From a virus, in the IMG/VR virus record IMGVR_UViG_3300036861_000552, positions 1 to 44,656 of that record: DNA of 44,656 nt. One strand, written 5' to 3'. A program made the position numbers and the translations under genes. Shown here piece by piece: positions 23,474 to 33,064 of this stretch. Under the pieces are notes generated by a model that searched no databases, had not been told where the DNA came from, and saw only the letters and a list, made by a program, of their open reading frames with translations. The stretch's first letter is position 1. Every line of letters begins with the position of its first letter.

Positions 23474-24103
23474 TTATTCCTCGATCCAGACGATCGAATA
23501 TGCGTGAGTTTGTCCGGCAACTAGTGCCGCCCCGTTGAAGTTCACGGCAAGAACCTGAGTGGTACCGCGAAGGGTGATAGGCTGATCTAAGAGCATGTTC
23601 GATCCGAGTGAAAGAAAGTCAAAGCCAGCATCTTCTTTTACTCCGGCAAAGGTAGCAGGAACCGCAACCGGCGATGCAACACGCTCAGTTCTTAACGTAC
23701 CTACTGCTGTACCGAGAGCGGCAGGGTTCGCCGTATAGTGTCCCACCACAGCAGTAGCAGCACTGTTGTTCGAGTCCACAGGAACTAATGTTGCTGCAAC
23801 GAATGTTCCACCTGTGTCGTCGGCGCTACGTTTGATGAGGAAAAACTGTTGCGATCCCGCCGCAGTGTTGGTGGTAACCAGTTTGAGAGAGACCACGCGG
23901 ATCGTCTTCGTGGCGCTCCCAATGATCTTTATAATATCGGATGGAGTAGCGGCCGGGGTAAAGGTACCGCTAGCCATGAAGGTCTGCTTGCTTTGGGCGC
24001 TGATTTCTCGTCCAGCAGAATCATAGTTTGTGTTCCTTGAGGCTTTACTGGCGGGATCAACTGTAAGTTGATCGGATGAAGCACCTGATTTGATAACTGC
24101 CAC
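23474..24103 (-). CDS. structural hypothetical protein (in low-GC tail cassette)
   Basis: 209-aa ORF, Thr/Ser/Ala-rich beta-type sequence; GC visibly lower than upstream genes. Confidence 0.6.
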   Translation of the reverse strand: MAVIKSGASSDQLTVDPASKASRNTNYDSAGREISAQSKQTFMASGTFTPAATPSDIIKIIGSATKTIRVVSLKLVTTNTAAGSQQFFLIKRSADDTGGTFVAATLVPVDSNNSAATAVVGHYTANPAALGTAVGTLRTERVASPVAVPATFAGVKEDAGFDFLSLGSNMLLDQPITLRGTTQVLAVNFNGAALVAGQTHAYSIVWIEE

Positions 24104-24113
24104 GTTTTTCTCC

Positions 24114-24530
24114 TTAACCTATAAGGTAGTTGATTTTGAACTTGTCTGCAATATAGCCATCAAGCCCACGTGCATAGATTGTGAATTGACCTACTCCCGG
24201 AGCGAACTTCAGATCGAGACCGTCCATCTCAAGTTCATCGAGGTCCTTGCCTGTAGGTGCCTCGTAGGCAACTAACCCTATGAGTTGGGAAGAGAGGCTG
24301 ACATCAGCGTCCGTGATGGTGAAGGAGGCTTCCGAAATTGGCGTGGTTCCAAAGTCGATCTCAGTCTGTTTGATGTTTGTAGAGCTAGCACCTGGGTTAG
24401 CCCATACTCTATCGCCCCGGAGGAATACAGATGAATCAGCTACCCCGGTTCCCAACTGAAGAGACGGGATCATCCCGGAGGTGTCCAGAACAACGTCTGT
24501 ACTTAGCTGAGCGCCGTGCGTCGTAGCCAT
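24114..24530 (-). CDS. tail-fibre-associated hypothetical protein
   Basis: 138-aa ORF abutting the tail fibre stop; SSVFLRGDRVWANPG echoes the fibre motif GQFLRSDGTDTAWS. Confidence 0.6.
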   Translation of the reverse strand: MATTHGAQLSTDVVLDTSGMIPSLQLGTGVADSSVFLRGDRVWANPGASSTNIKQTEIDFGTTPISEASFTITDADVSLSSQLIGLVAYEAPTGKDLDELEMDGLDLKFAPGVGQFTIYARGLDGYIADKFKINYLIG

Positions 24531-27511
24531 TATCCTAGAATCCCCTTCGCCTGCAAATCGGCGATCACGGTACCGAGAACATCCGCCAACTCATCGATAC
24601 TGGTTGAGTTGGCATCGTAGGAACGATCTGTAGTGACATTAGTAGGTGTGTAGGCAGCGCTGGCAGTTAGATTGATTAAGCGCCCGTTGGTGGTGGCGAT
24701 GGGAATCTTTCCGCTGGTGAGGCGGGCACCGTCATCAAGGATGAATGCCTTCCGAGCGGCCCCGGTGGTGATGGTGGCGAAGAAATCATCTGTGGTGAAC
24801 TCTATACAGCCGGCAATTGCCGTGGTGAGACTAGTTCCCGAAGTCAGTTTCAGCGGAGCGATCGCCGTAGTGCCAGCCGCTACCTCTAACAGATGTGTCG
24901 CTACGGCATCCGAACCAATTCTAAGTTGACCTGCAATAACATTTTTGGCGGCTGTTCCAAGGATACGGATACCATATGTGGTTCCACTTATGGTTCCACC
25001 AGATAGTGCCTGAATATGCAATCCTGTATGATTGCTGCTGACGGTACAAGTGCTTAGCCAGTCATTATCGATGCGTATACCATAGGAATTGGTGAAGGTT
25101 CCTGTGGAGGTGCCGCCTTGATTAGAAAGGTACAGGCCATAGAGAGTTGAGTACGTTGCGTTTCCAGGTGTTAATTTACCTTCTAAAGCTGATAAATGAT
25201 CACCGGTACCAGACATTACATTCGTAGGCCCAATGAGTATCCCTATTACGCCTATAGAGGCGTTCAAAAGGCCAGGTGAGCTTGAGGGTACATTTGCTTG
25301 GGACTGTCCTACTACGGCACGAGACACAGCGGATAAACTAGCGCCCACTGTGAAACTAGGATTACTCCAAAGCGTGTTTAAGGAAATACTTCCACTAGTG
25401 TATCCCCAAAGACCAGTTGCTTTGTATACAGTGGAAGCAAACGTACCTCCTGGTGATGCCCCCGAAACAGCAGATACAATAGTTGTAAAAGACATAACAT
25501 CATTTGCGGCGAAATTACCGCCAAACTTGAATAGATTGCCCGCTGAAAAATTTCCTACGGCGTCTCCTACCCCCAGAAAGCCCTCAACAACTAAACTGGA
25601 TGCCGAGCCCCCCGTATGGGCACTTGTACCGATTACCTGTCCGTTCGAGGTCCCCTGGGTTAGCAATAGAGTCGCACTAACATCGGGAACAGTGAGGATT
25701 CTCGTAGTGGCTGTGGTTAGCCCATCAACTTCCAATGCTACCAACTTGGAAGAATCAGAACTACCATAGACTCGGAATACATCATCACGGAAGGTCGCCA
25801 GAACTGAGTTCGTTCCTGGTGTGATCCATGAGAGATCGGTACCATCAGATACGAGAATCTGGTTTGCAGTACCTTTAGCAAGTTTAGTCCAAAGGGGAGA
25901 CGCCCCTTGGCCTGTAATCAAATCACCCCGGGCAGCAGCGCCAGCAATCACATCATCAAACAGGGTCGTTTGAAGTAGGTGCCCCCGGGCTGATTGGGCA
26001 GTGCCACCGCGCGCGATCGAGAGCGTACCTGTCCAGCCCAAGGTCATTGATGCTGCGACAAGGAGGGCAGTAGTCGGCGTGCCCCCTAAAGTCATCGTGA
26101 CGTTGGTATCGTCCGTCTTGCTCAGGGCAAATCCACTACTCCAGGCTGTGTCAGTACCATCGGAACGTAGGAATTGGCCCGACGTACCTTTTGCAAGGCG
26201 AGCCCATAACGGCGTCGCACCCTGACCGGTGATAAGGTCACCCCGAATGGGACTACCGGCCGTTATGTCATTGAACAGTGTAGTGTTGAGAAGCGCGAAC
26301 TTCGGTGTGGGCGCAAGCGGGCCGACAAAGGCACCATCGGAACTGCGGATGTAGGATAGATCAGTGCTCGTGGCTACAGCACGGAAGTAGATATCATTGC
26401 CATAGAGATAGAGCTTCGAGGCTTGGGCATCTACCTTTGCGGCGTTCGGTAGCGTGTTGGCTGCGAGCGTGAGGCCGCCGGTAACCGCTGGGAAGATCGC
26501 GAGCGCGATGTATATCGAGACGAAGTATCCGCCGCTTGCTCCCAATGAGGGATCGGTGCTGTCACTGATTGCTGAGAGAAGCCTATACTCGCCGAATGTG
26601 CCGACGTTTCCAGAGCCACCGGATGTGCTTGAGCTGGAGTTATCGAATGCCGTGTAGTTGGAAGACCCACTCAATGGGCCTACCACGTTGCTGCCAGCAT
26701 TACCTTCAGATGAAGCACGGACGAACAGATATTGTGTGCTGGATGGAAGTCCCGACAAGCTGAGAGATGAGGGCTCTGAGCCTACGAACCCCTGCTCCCC
26801 GAGGGATGTGATCGCTGCTAGGGCAGGTACAGTACCCCCGATGCCAGTCCACCGATGGCTCGTGATGGCCATCGCCGCTGCCGAAGCTGAATATGTGGCA
26901 GTGAGTGTGTCAACACCAGCAACAATTGCAGTGGTCACGACACAGACCCATGCACTGTGGCAGGGACCATTCAGGGTCCCTCCTGATTCGCTATACTGGT
27001 GTTCCTTCAGCTTCGTCCAGGTGTTGCTCTTTGTGTCTGTGATCGTAAGATGGTTGTTCGACGGGCCATTGAACGTGGGCGATGAGAACGTGGGCGTGAC
27101 AAGGAAGAGGGTGATGACATCCCCAACCGAGGCACCTGTGTCAATCGCAATACCACTCCACGTCGCTGTAGGGGTCTTACTGTTCTCCGACGTGAAGTTC
27201 CCGCCATTCACCCACGAACCGGCCACATCACCGAGTGTGGGGATAGCCCCATACAGAACCTGCCCACCCCTTCGGCCCGGGAGGTAGGCGTACTGGGGGT
27301 GATCATCAAAGGTTGCGAGATCAGTTAGCTTATGATGACTCATAAGCCCCAATCCTGCATCGCCCCCGCCCCCAGCAGTCGGACTGAAGCCTCGGATGAT
27401 TGCACCGAATCCTTTATCTACCTGCCCAAGATATCCGTTCATATCCCGGAGGATTTTCACCAGCCGTGGATCAAACTCGCGAGGAATCTCAGAGGGGATG
27501 TAGGTTCGCAT
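24530..27511 (-). CDS. tail fibre protein
   Basis: 993 aa; N-terminal HHKLTDLATFDDHPQY; two copies of TLF-D-I-AG...RGDLITGQGA-PLW--LAKGT--Q-L-SDGTD; Ser/Thr/Gly-rich distal half. Confidence 0.8.
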   Translation of the reverse strand: MRTYIPSEIPREFDPRLVKILRDMNGYLGQVDKGFGAIIRGFSPTAGGGGDAGLGLMSHHKLTDLATFDDHPQYAYLPGRRGGQVLYGAIPTLGDVAGSWVNGGNFTSENSKTPTATWSGIAIDTGASVGDVITLFLVTPTFSSPTFNGPSNNHLTITDTKSNTWTKLKEHQYSESGGTLNGPCHSAWVCVVTTAIVAGVDTLTATYSASAAAMAITSHRWTGIGGTVPALAAITSLGEQGFVGSEPSSLSLSGLPSSTQYLFVRASSEGNAGSNVVGPLSGSSNYTAFDNSSSSTSGGSGNVGTFGEYRLLSAISDSTDPSLGASGGYFVSIYIALAIFPAVTGGLTLAANTLPNAAKVDAQASKLYLYGNDIYFRAVATSTDLSYIRSSDGAFVGPLAPTPKFALLNTTLFNDITAGSPIRGDLITGQGATPLWARLAKGTSGQFLRSDGTDTAWSSGFALSKTDDTNVTMTLGGTPTTALLVAASMTLGWTGTLSIARGGTAQSARGHLLQTTLFDDVIAGAAARGDLITGQGASPLWTKLAKGTANQILVSDGTDLSWITPGTNSVLATFRDDVFRVYGSSDSSKLVALEVDGLTTATTRILTVPDVSATLLLTQGTSNGQVIGTSAHTGGSASSLVVEGFLGVGDAVGNFSAGNLFKFGGNFAANDVMSFTTIVSAVSGASPGGTFASTVYKATGLWGYTSGSISLNTLWSNPSFTVGASLSAVSRAVVGQSQANVPSSSPGLLNASIGVIGILIGPTNVMSGTGDHLSALEGKLTPGNATYSTLYGLYLSNQGGTSTGTFTNSYGIRIDNDWLSTCTVSSNHTGLHIQALSGGTISGTTYGIRILGTAAKNVIAGQLRIGSDAVATHLLEVAAGTTAIAPLKLTSGTSLTTAIAGCIEFTTDDFFATITTGAARKAFILDDGARLTSGKIPIATTNGRLINLTASAAYTPTNVTTDRSYDANSTSIDELADVLGTVIADLQAKGILG

Positions 27512-30500
27512 TATCCGTTCAGGTCCATGAACGACCGCTCGTCGTTGAAGAAGATGTACTGCATCCGAAACGCGGCCGTCTGTGAAGTTGACTTCGAGAA
27601 CGCCACTTCGAAAGTTTCCAACGTATCATCGGGCATCAACTCGATCAGTCCTCCGAACACCGTATCTCCCGTAGGCGTATGTGCGAGTGTGAGTGCCGTG
27701 CGTTGATTCTGGTAGTAGATTGCTGCCGAGAACGCGCCCGTGGTGGCATCACCGGCCGCATCGGCGACCAGATACAGACGCTCAATCCGGCCTTCCCGAC
27801 CAGGACCCGAAGCGTAGAAGCGCCTCGTGCGGATCGTGGGAGCCACAGCCACGCTGTTCTCATCCACGGTACCATTGTCTTCGACGTACACCTTTCCATC
27901 AAGCCCGTGTCCAGTCACAAGACGTGACTGACCAAGCAGGAGGAAGGAATCAGCCGCCGCAGATTGGCACGTCACCGGGCCTATGGCCGGGAGCTTCCCT
28001 TGCTCCTTCAAGTGCATCGGATGGTACGAGAAGTACATCACCTTCGTCATGCGCGTTCCACCGTAGGGCACATAGTAGAGCGCGAGAAGGTAGAGTTTCG
28101 GGTAGTTCTTGAGCACCGTCCGGTGGATCAACGTGGGCTCGATGAGCGGGGTCCCAGAGACAGAACCAACCCAATCGATGTCTTCGTTGAGCGTCACCGA
28201 GGTCACTGCATCCGTGCCGTGCAATCCGTTGTGGGAATGGTACGCCAGGACGGTTCCCCGACCCGGGAGGTCCACGAGCACTGCTGCCCTCGGGCCGACG
28301 ATACCGTGATCAGACGTGATGTCCTCAGTCGCCTGTCCCCGAGTGAAGTCTGCATCGGTTTCCTTCGGGAAGTAGTTCAGGCGTTTCATCGAGTTTTCAC
28401 ACCCGATGATCCCGCCGCGACCGTAAGCCTTGACCAACTTGATGCGGTCATCCAGAGGCAAACGATAGGCATTGGGAACTGCATCCATGTCATCGGGAAG
28501 GGAAGCTACGAGGTCGGTTCCTGTAACCCCATCATCACACACGAACTGACCATTGATAATATCACCCGTGGTTGATTTCGCCGGAGGAGCACCCGCAGCC
28601 CCCACACCGAATGAGTTTCCAATCTGGTCTGAGAGCACGATGGTCTTGAAGGCTTCACCATCGAGATTGATCGAGTTCGCGCCCGCATAGATCGTGACTT
28701 CAACGCCATCGATCAAGTGAGAGAAGTTGACTGCGGAGGCGTGTTTCCGAATCGTCACTCCGAATGTAGTGGTACCATCAACAAAGTCCGAAGGGCTCCA
28801 CGTCACACCCCAAGTATCGAACTGACCACCGAGATCGAGAGTACCAGCACCGATATGAAGTCCAGCGGATGAGATGATTGTGGGAAACTTGGCCCACCGT
28901 TCTGCGCTGGTAGGACTGCCACCCTGAGCACCCTTCGTGAGACCGATGTAGAAGCCTCGATCATCTCCACTGTCGGCTTGAAACCTACCGAAAACTCGTA
29001 CCCGAACACCAGTGATGGAACCTGAGGAGAAACCGCCGATGTTGTTGATGCCGAAACTTTGGAACGCGAGCGCACGATTCGCTCCGGTATCAGAGGGATC
29101 GGAAGCAAATTGATTGTCGAAGGTAGGTTTGTTTCCAAAACCAACAGTCTCAGAGCCCGAAGAGGTTGCCTTTGCCGACATGATTAGGCTACTGGAACTG
29201 GTGACTGAGAGCACTGTGGTACCGTAAGGAACCTTGTTGCCGGTAGAAGTGATGACCATCCCAACAGTCACGGTACCAAAAGCAGCCGAAGAAGTTAGAA
29301 CATTTTCACTGCCAACAGTGGTGCTAAACGTAGCAGTCACACTCTGTTTGGTCACCTGGGAGAGTGCATTGGCGGCTCCACCAGGAAACAAGGTGACGAA
29401 ACTACCGTAGGTATTCGCCACACTCGCATAGCCTTTCTGGAATGGGCTTGTGTCATTGAGTGTAACCTCAGTGGCACTGATTACTACGTCACCGCCCACC
29501 CTACGAAACGTCGATAGGTCTGGCACTGGAAGCGGATCGGCTTGTCTCGGTGCCATATAGATTCTACGATGAGTCGCAGCATTCTGTCCGTAGAGTCCAT
29601 TGTTGTACCGATCTGTGGTGCCACCACCTGTGTTCGTGAAGGTAATCTTGATGCCCTGAGTTGTGTAGTCAGTGATACGTGCATACTTGGGATCACCATC
29701 ATAGGTACTCTCAACTTCATCATCTTCACCAGCATTGAAAACTTCGGTGACAACGAAGTAGTAGTACCCTTCTCTGAAATCAGCAAACGATGACCATGAA
29801 CCTGATACAGCGACAGCTCCAGGGAAATCTTTCACAGGAAGCATACCGAGGGTGCGACTGACCACGGCATTGTTCTTGTAGTAGAGAACCCTCGGAGTAT
29901 CATATCCCGTGAGGAAGATGTGCCTGTTGTTGAACCGGATTGCTTGGAGAATGGCATCAGCGTTCTGCGAAAGTCCCACGAGCAATGCCGTGAATGTACC
30001 CGTGATCCCCGACAGCGGGGACGTGTAGAGCTTGTCCGCAGCCTTGGCGACGAGCAAGTAGTCCTCAACGCTGCTGAACTCCAGGGCCTCAACCCCACTG
30101 ACGGCCTCACTGAATGTGCGGCTGGTCGTGGATGAGTTCGTGGCCGTAACCGACATCGTGAGGGCGCTCGCGCTCGTGATCGAGGCGATGAAGGTGCCAA
30201 CCGTAATGCCGGTGCCCGCAATGAACGTCCCGGGGTGGAGGTCAGAGAAGGTCACCGTGACCGTACCCCCAGCCGTGGCGTTCTTGTTCAGTTCTACCGT
30301 AGACGAGTCAATCACCCGACGCACGACCGTTCCTGCGGGAATCCCCGTGCCCACAACCGTCTGCCCTTCGACAATCGAACCGAAGGCGCTCGACTTGGTG
30401 ATGTAGGGACTCCCGCTGGTCACGACGACCGATGCGATGTCCGTACCGAAAGCAGCGGACGAGGAGAGAGCAGTCGTGCCGTTCGTGGTGCAGGAGATGC

Positions 30501-30666
30501 CCGTGCTACGCACGGTACCATAGGCAGTGCGCCCCGGAGCCCGTTGAAGTGCGGGGTCCCCCGGTTTCAGGATCATTTCGTCAGCCGCTTGGACTTCGCT
30601 GGGGCGCAGCAAGGTAGGGTGCCTTGCCGTCACGACTCCACCGTTCAGGGCTTCATTGACGAGCAT
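27511..30666 (-). CDS. large tail protein (tail tubular B / nozzle-position analog) with repeated N-terminal domains
   Basis: 1051 aa directly after the adaptor-like gene; three to four copies of an SSAAFG...G.V.GTGI..GT.V..V.SS...L...AT motif. Confidence 0.65.
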   Translation of the reverse strand: MLVNEALNGGVVTARHPTLLRPSEVQAADEMILKPGDPALQRAPGRTAYGTVRSTGISCTTNGTTALSSSAAFGTDIASVVVTSGSPYITKSSAFGSIVEGQTVVGTGIPAGTVVRRVIDSSTVELNKNATAGGTVTVTFSDLHPGTFIAGTGITVGTFIASITSASALTMSVTATNSSTTSRTFSEAVSGVEALEFSSVEDYLLVAKAADKLYTSPLSGITGTFTALLVGLSQNADAILQAIRFNNRHIFLTGYDTPRVLYYKNNAVVSRTLGMLPVKDFPGAVAVSGSWSSFADFREGYYYFVVTEVFNAGEDDEVESTYDGDPKYARITDYTTQGIKITFTNTGGGTTDRYNNGLYGQNAATHRRIYMAPRQADPLPVPDLSTFRRVGGDVVISATEVTLNDTSPFQKGYASVANTYGSFVTLFPGGAANALSQVTKQSVTATFSTTVGSENVLTSSAAFGTVTVGMVITSTGNKVPYGTTVLSVTSSSSLIMSAKATSSGSETVGFGNKPTFDNQFASDPSDTGANRALAFQSFGINNIGGFSSGSITGVRVRVFGRFQADSGDDRGFYIGLTKGAQGGSPTSAERWAKFPTIISSAGLHIGAGTLDLGGQFDTWGVTWSPSDFVDGTTTFGVTIRKHASAVNFSHLIDGVEVTIYAGANSINLDGEAFKTIVLSDQIGNSFGVGAAGAPPAKSTTGDIINGQFVCDDGVTGTDLVASLPDDMDAVPNAYRLPLDDRIKLVKAYGRGGIIGCENSMKRLNYFPKETDADFTRGQATEDITSDHGIVGPRAAVLVDLPGRGTVLAYHSHNGLHGTDAVTSVTLNEDIDWVGSVSGTPLIEPTLIHRTVLKNYPKLYLLALYYVPYGGTRMTKVMYFSYHPMHLKEQGKLPAIGPVTCQSAAADSFLLLGQSRLVTGHGLDGKVYVEDNGTVDENSVAVAPTIRTRRFYASGPGREGRIERLYLVADAAGDATTGAFSAAIYYQNQRTALTLAHTPTGDTVFGGLIELMPDDTLETFEVAFSKSTSQTAAFRMQYIFFNDERSFMDLNG

Positions 30667-31400
30667 TACCTATCTCCGCGAGGCCAGAAGTCGAACGGGC
30701 CTTGAGGCGTCTGCCTCTGGGCGAGATCGTAAGGAGTGACAAATCCTTCCCATTGCGCCTGCCCACCCTCGTTCGTGTCATCGAGGATGGCCTTCTGATA
30801 TCGACCGGCATCCGCCCGAGTGCCGTAGACATCACGGATCAGAATCGGAAGACGGGGATTCGAAGAATCGTGCGCCTGAAGAAGGTGGATTCGAGCACAG
30901 TCGAGGAACGTGTACAGATACTTCAGAGGCACATCGATCGGATCAGCAGCCCCGTTGAAGGCCCTGTAGTAACGAAGTAGGGCGGTATCATCTCGGGCCG
31001 GAGGTCGGAAGAGTTGAACCTTCTGGACTTCCGAAGCAGGATCGAAGTCTGCATCATCATCGATGATGGTGTAAATCTCAGGATCGCCCTGAACCGTCTG
31101 ATCCGAAGTCACTGCATCGATGAGTTCCTGCGGAACGTACCGCAGAGGATGCTTCAGTGTACCCGTGAACCTCATCGAGAGGGGTTTGCGGAACGGTTTG
31201 GTGCCGGCCGTCAGTGCATAGCGGCTGGTTCCCGCCACAACCGTGATCGTTTGTGTAACGAGAAGGAAGTGCCAGTCATGGTCCGTCGCCCACATCTCAG
31301 CCGTAGCCTTGAGTGAGTCCAGGGCCATAGCGGTCTTCGCCGTGATGTTGGCCCCTCCCATCACTTGAGCTACGTAGGTTTGTGCTTGGGCTGCGGTCAT
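30666..31400 (-). CDS. head-tail adaptor / tail tubular A-like protein
   Basis: 244-aa ORF between the capsid block and the large tail protein; call by position and size only. Confidence 0.45.
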   Translation of the reverse strand: MTAAQAQTYVAQVMGGANITAKTAMALDSLKATAEMWATDHDWHFLLVTQTITVVAGTSRYALTAGTKPFRKPLSMRFTGTLKHPLRYVPQELIDAVTSDQTVQGDPEIYTIIDDDADFDPASEVQKVQLFRPPARDDTALLRYYRAFNGAADPIDVPLKYLYTFLDCARIHLLQAHDSSNPRLPILIRDVYGTRADAGRYQKAILDDTNEGGQAQWEGFVTPYDLAQRQTPQGPFDFWPRGDR

Positions 31401-32662
31401 TTTGCGAGTAGAGCCTCACGGCGCTGCTTGGTCTTGAGGGATTCGTAGAACTCGTAGAGCCCCACGACCGTCTTCTCAGCAGCACGGTTTGCCCGGACCC
31501 ACTCCTGTCCTCGATCAGCGAGGATGCGGCGAAGTTCCGAGTTCTTGATGAGACCGAGGAGCTTCTCTTTGAAGTCCTGCGGAGTGTCGTAGAGGAGGCC
31601 GGTCTTTCCGTCCTCGATTTCCTTGTAGGGGCCGACGTTCGCGGCCAGCACAGCCTCGGGCCGAGGGCCAACCGTTCCCTCGTACCACTTGATCGCCGAC
31701 TTCGCCCGGTTGAACGGGGAGTCGATCAGCGGACAGAGGTTGATGTCGGCATCCATGCACGAGCGATAGAGCTTGTAGCTCGAATACTCGACCCACTCGT
31801 GGAACTCGATCTGCTCCGGCCGCTTCATCAGCTTGCGGAGCATGGTCGGCATACAGCCCCAGAAGATGTACTTGACCTTCGGGTTCTCATTCGCGATGTC
31901 AGCCATCACCTGAATCAGCGGCATCCAGTCTTCGAAGTGACTGGTCGAGCCCTGCCAGAGGATGCGAACTTCATCGTGGGGCGCGAGATTCGGGAAGAAG
32001 TAATCAGATTCCAGAACGCTGTTCGGGTAGACGTAGACATCCTTGATGCCTTGATCCCGGTAGCATTGCGCGAGAGCTTCAGTTGTCACTGTCACGCCAG
32101 CAGCGAGTCGGGCGATGTCATAGTGCTGACCGATCGTCTTCAGGTTGCGCTCAATGTCCCAGACCTGATCATTGATTCCTCGGGTCTTCTTGTCCACCCA
32201 GAGGTCCTTGGTCGTTCCGTTCGGACCCGGCCACACGAGCTTCGTAGGGTCTTCATCCGTCCCGGGGGTGAGTACCTCACCTTCCCAATTTCGGATGCCC
32301 CAATAGGCATAGGATTCGTTGAGCGGATGAACCCACTCGACCGCATCATCTACGTCATTGACGAAGATGGGCGGGAGTTTGATGGTGCCCTGGCGAATGA
32401 ACGGCTTCATGTCAGCGAACTGCTGCGCATGCCAGAGACCATCATCTCCGGTGAGGTTCCACCCGAGGCAAAGGTCTGAGCCGAACATCGTGGCCGTAGC
32501 GAGTTCGCGGTCACCTTTCCCATTGTCGGGATAGATGTTCGCGAGCCCGGTGCGGTAGAGACTCTTCAGAGGAACTGCGATGCGGTAGTAGCTCTGAGCG
32601 GTCGGGCGCTCGAAGTTCGAGAAGGCATAGACTCCGAAGTTCGAGCCATTGGGCTTAGACAT
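31397..32662 (-). CDS. GT-B fold (group-1 type) glycosyltransferase inside the structural module
   Basis: C-terminal half ILWQGSTSH...NRAKSAIKWYEGTVGPRPEAVLAANVGPYKEIEDGKTGLLYD resembles the GT1/GT4 donor-binding E-x7-E region. Confidence 0.65.
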   Translation of the reverse strand: MSKPNGSNFGVYAFSNFERPTAQSYYRIAVPLKSLYRTGLANIYPDNGKGDRELATATMFGSDLCLGWNLTGDDGLWHAQQFADMKPFIRQGTIKLPPIFVNDVDDAVEWVHPLNESYAYWGIRNWEGEVLTPGTDEDPTKLVWPGPNGTTKDLWVDKKTRGINDQVWDIERNLKTIGQHYDIARLAAGVTVTTEALAQCYRDQGIKDVYVYPNSVLESDYFFPNLAPHDEVRILWQGSTSHFEDWMPLIQVMADIANENPKVKYIFWGCMPTMLRKLMKRPEQIEFHEWVEYSSYKLYRSCMDADINLCPLIDSPFNRAKSAIKWYEGTVGPRPEAVLAANVGPYKEIEDGKTGLLYDTPQDFKEKLLGLIKNSELRRILADRGQEWVRANRAAEKTVVGLYEFYESLKTKQRREALLAK

Positions 32663-32680
32663 CTGAATCCTTTCTACTCT

Positions 32681-33064
32681 CTATCTGAGAGCGATTTTGC
32701 TGCGCACGTCGAAGGCTTTGCCGCCATCGGTTTCGAGCCAAGCGTAGAACCACGCCTTGTGGCCATCCGCTCCCCACAGCCCCTTACCACACATGCAACC
32801 TGCTTCGTGCAAGTGGTCAAGCATGACCATGATCTCGGTGTCGATCTTCGCCACGCGGAATGCGGAGCGGTCCTCGGTCCAGCCCGGCATGTTCTGCTGG
32901 AACTTACCGAGGATACCGATCTCCTCATTCATCGCGCGAAGGTGAGCCGCACCGTCAAGCACGTCAGCCATTCCCGGTACCTTCTCACGAAGGGTCTCGG
33001 GCTCGAAGATGGAGTTCATCATTCCGAGTTCAACGGCTCCGAACTTTGGCTTGTGGACGGACAT
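32681..33064 (-). CDS. hypothetical protein
   Basis: 127-aa ORF, tightly packed in the structural arm. Confidence 0.6.
   Translation of the reverse strand: MSVHKPKFGAVELGMMNSIFEPETLREKVPGMADVLDGAAHLRAMNEEIGILGKFQQNMPGWTEDRSAFRVAKIDTEIMVMLDHLHEAGCMCGKGLWGADGHKAWFYAWLETDGGKAFDVRSKIALR

Noticed and set aside
25826-26290. The tail-fibre duplicated segments as template/variable repeats of a diversity-generating retroelement
   Set aside because: No reverse transcriptase gene is present anywhere in the genome. The two copies differ at many positions of all base types, not at adenines only, and both lie inside the same ORF.
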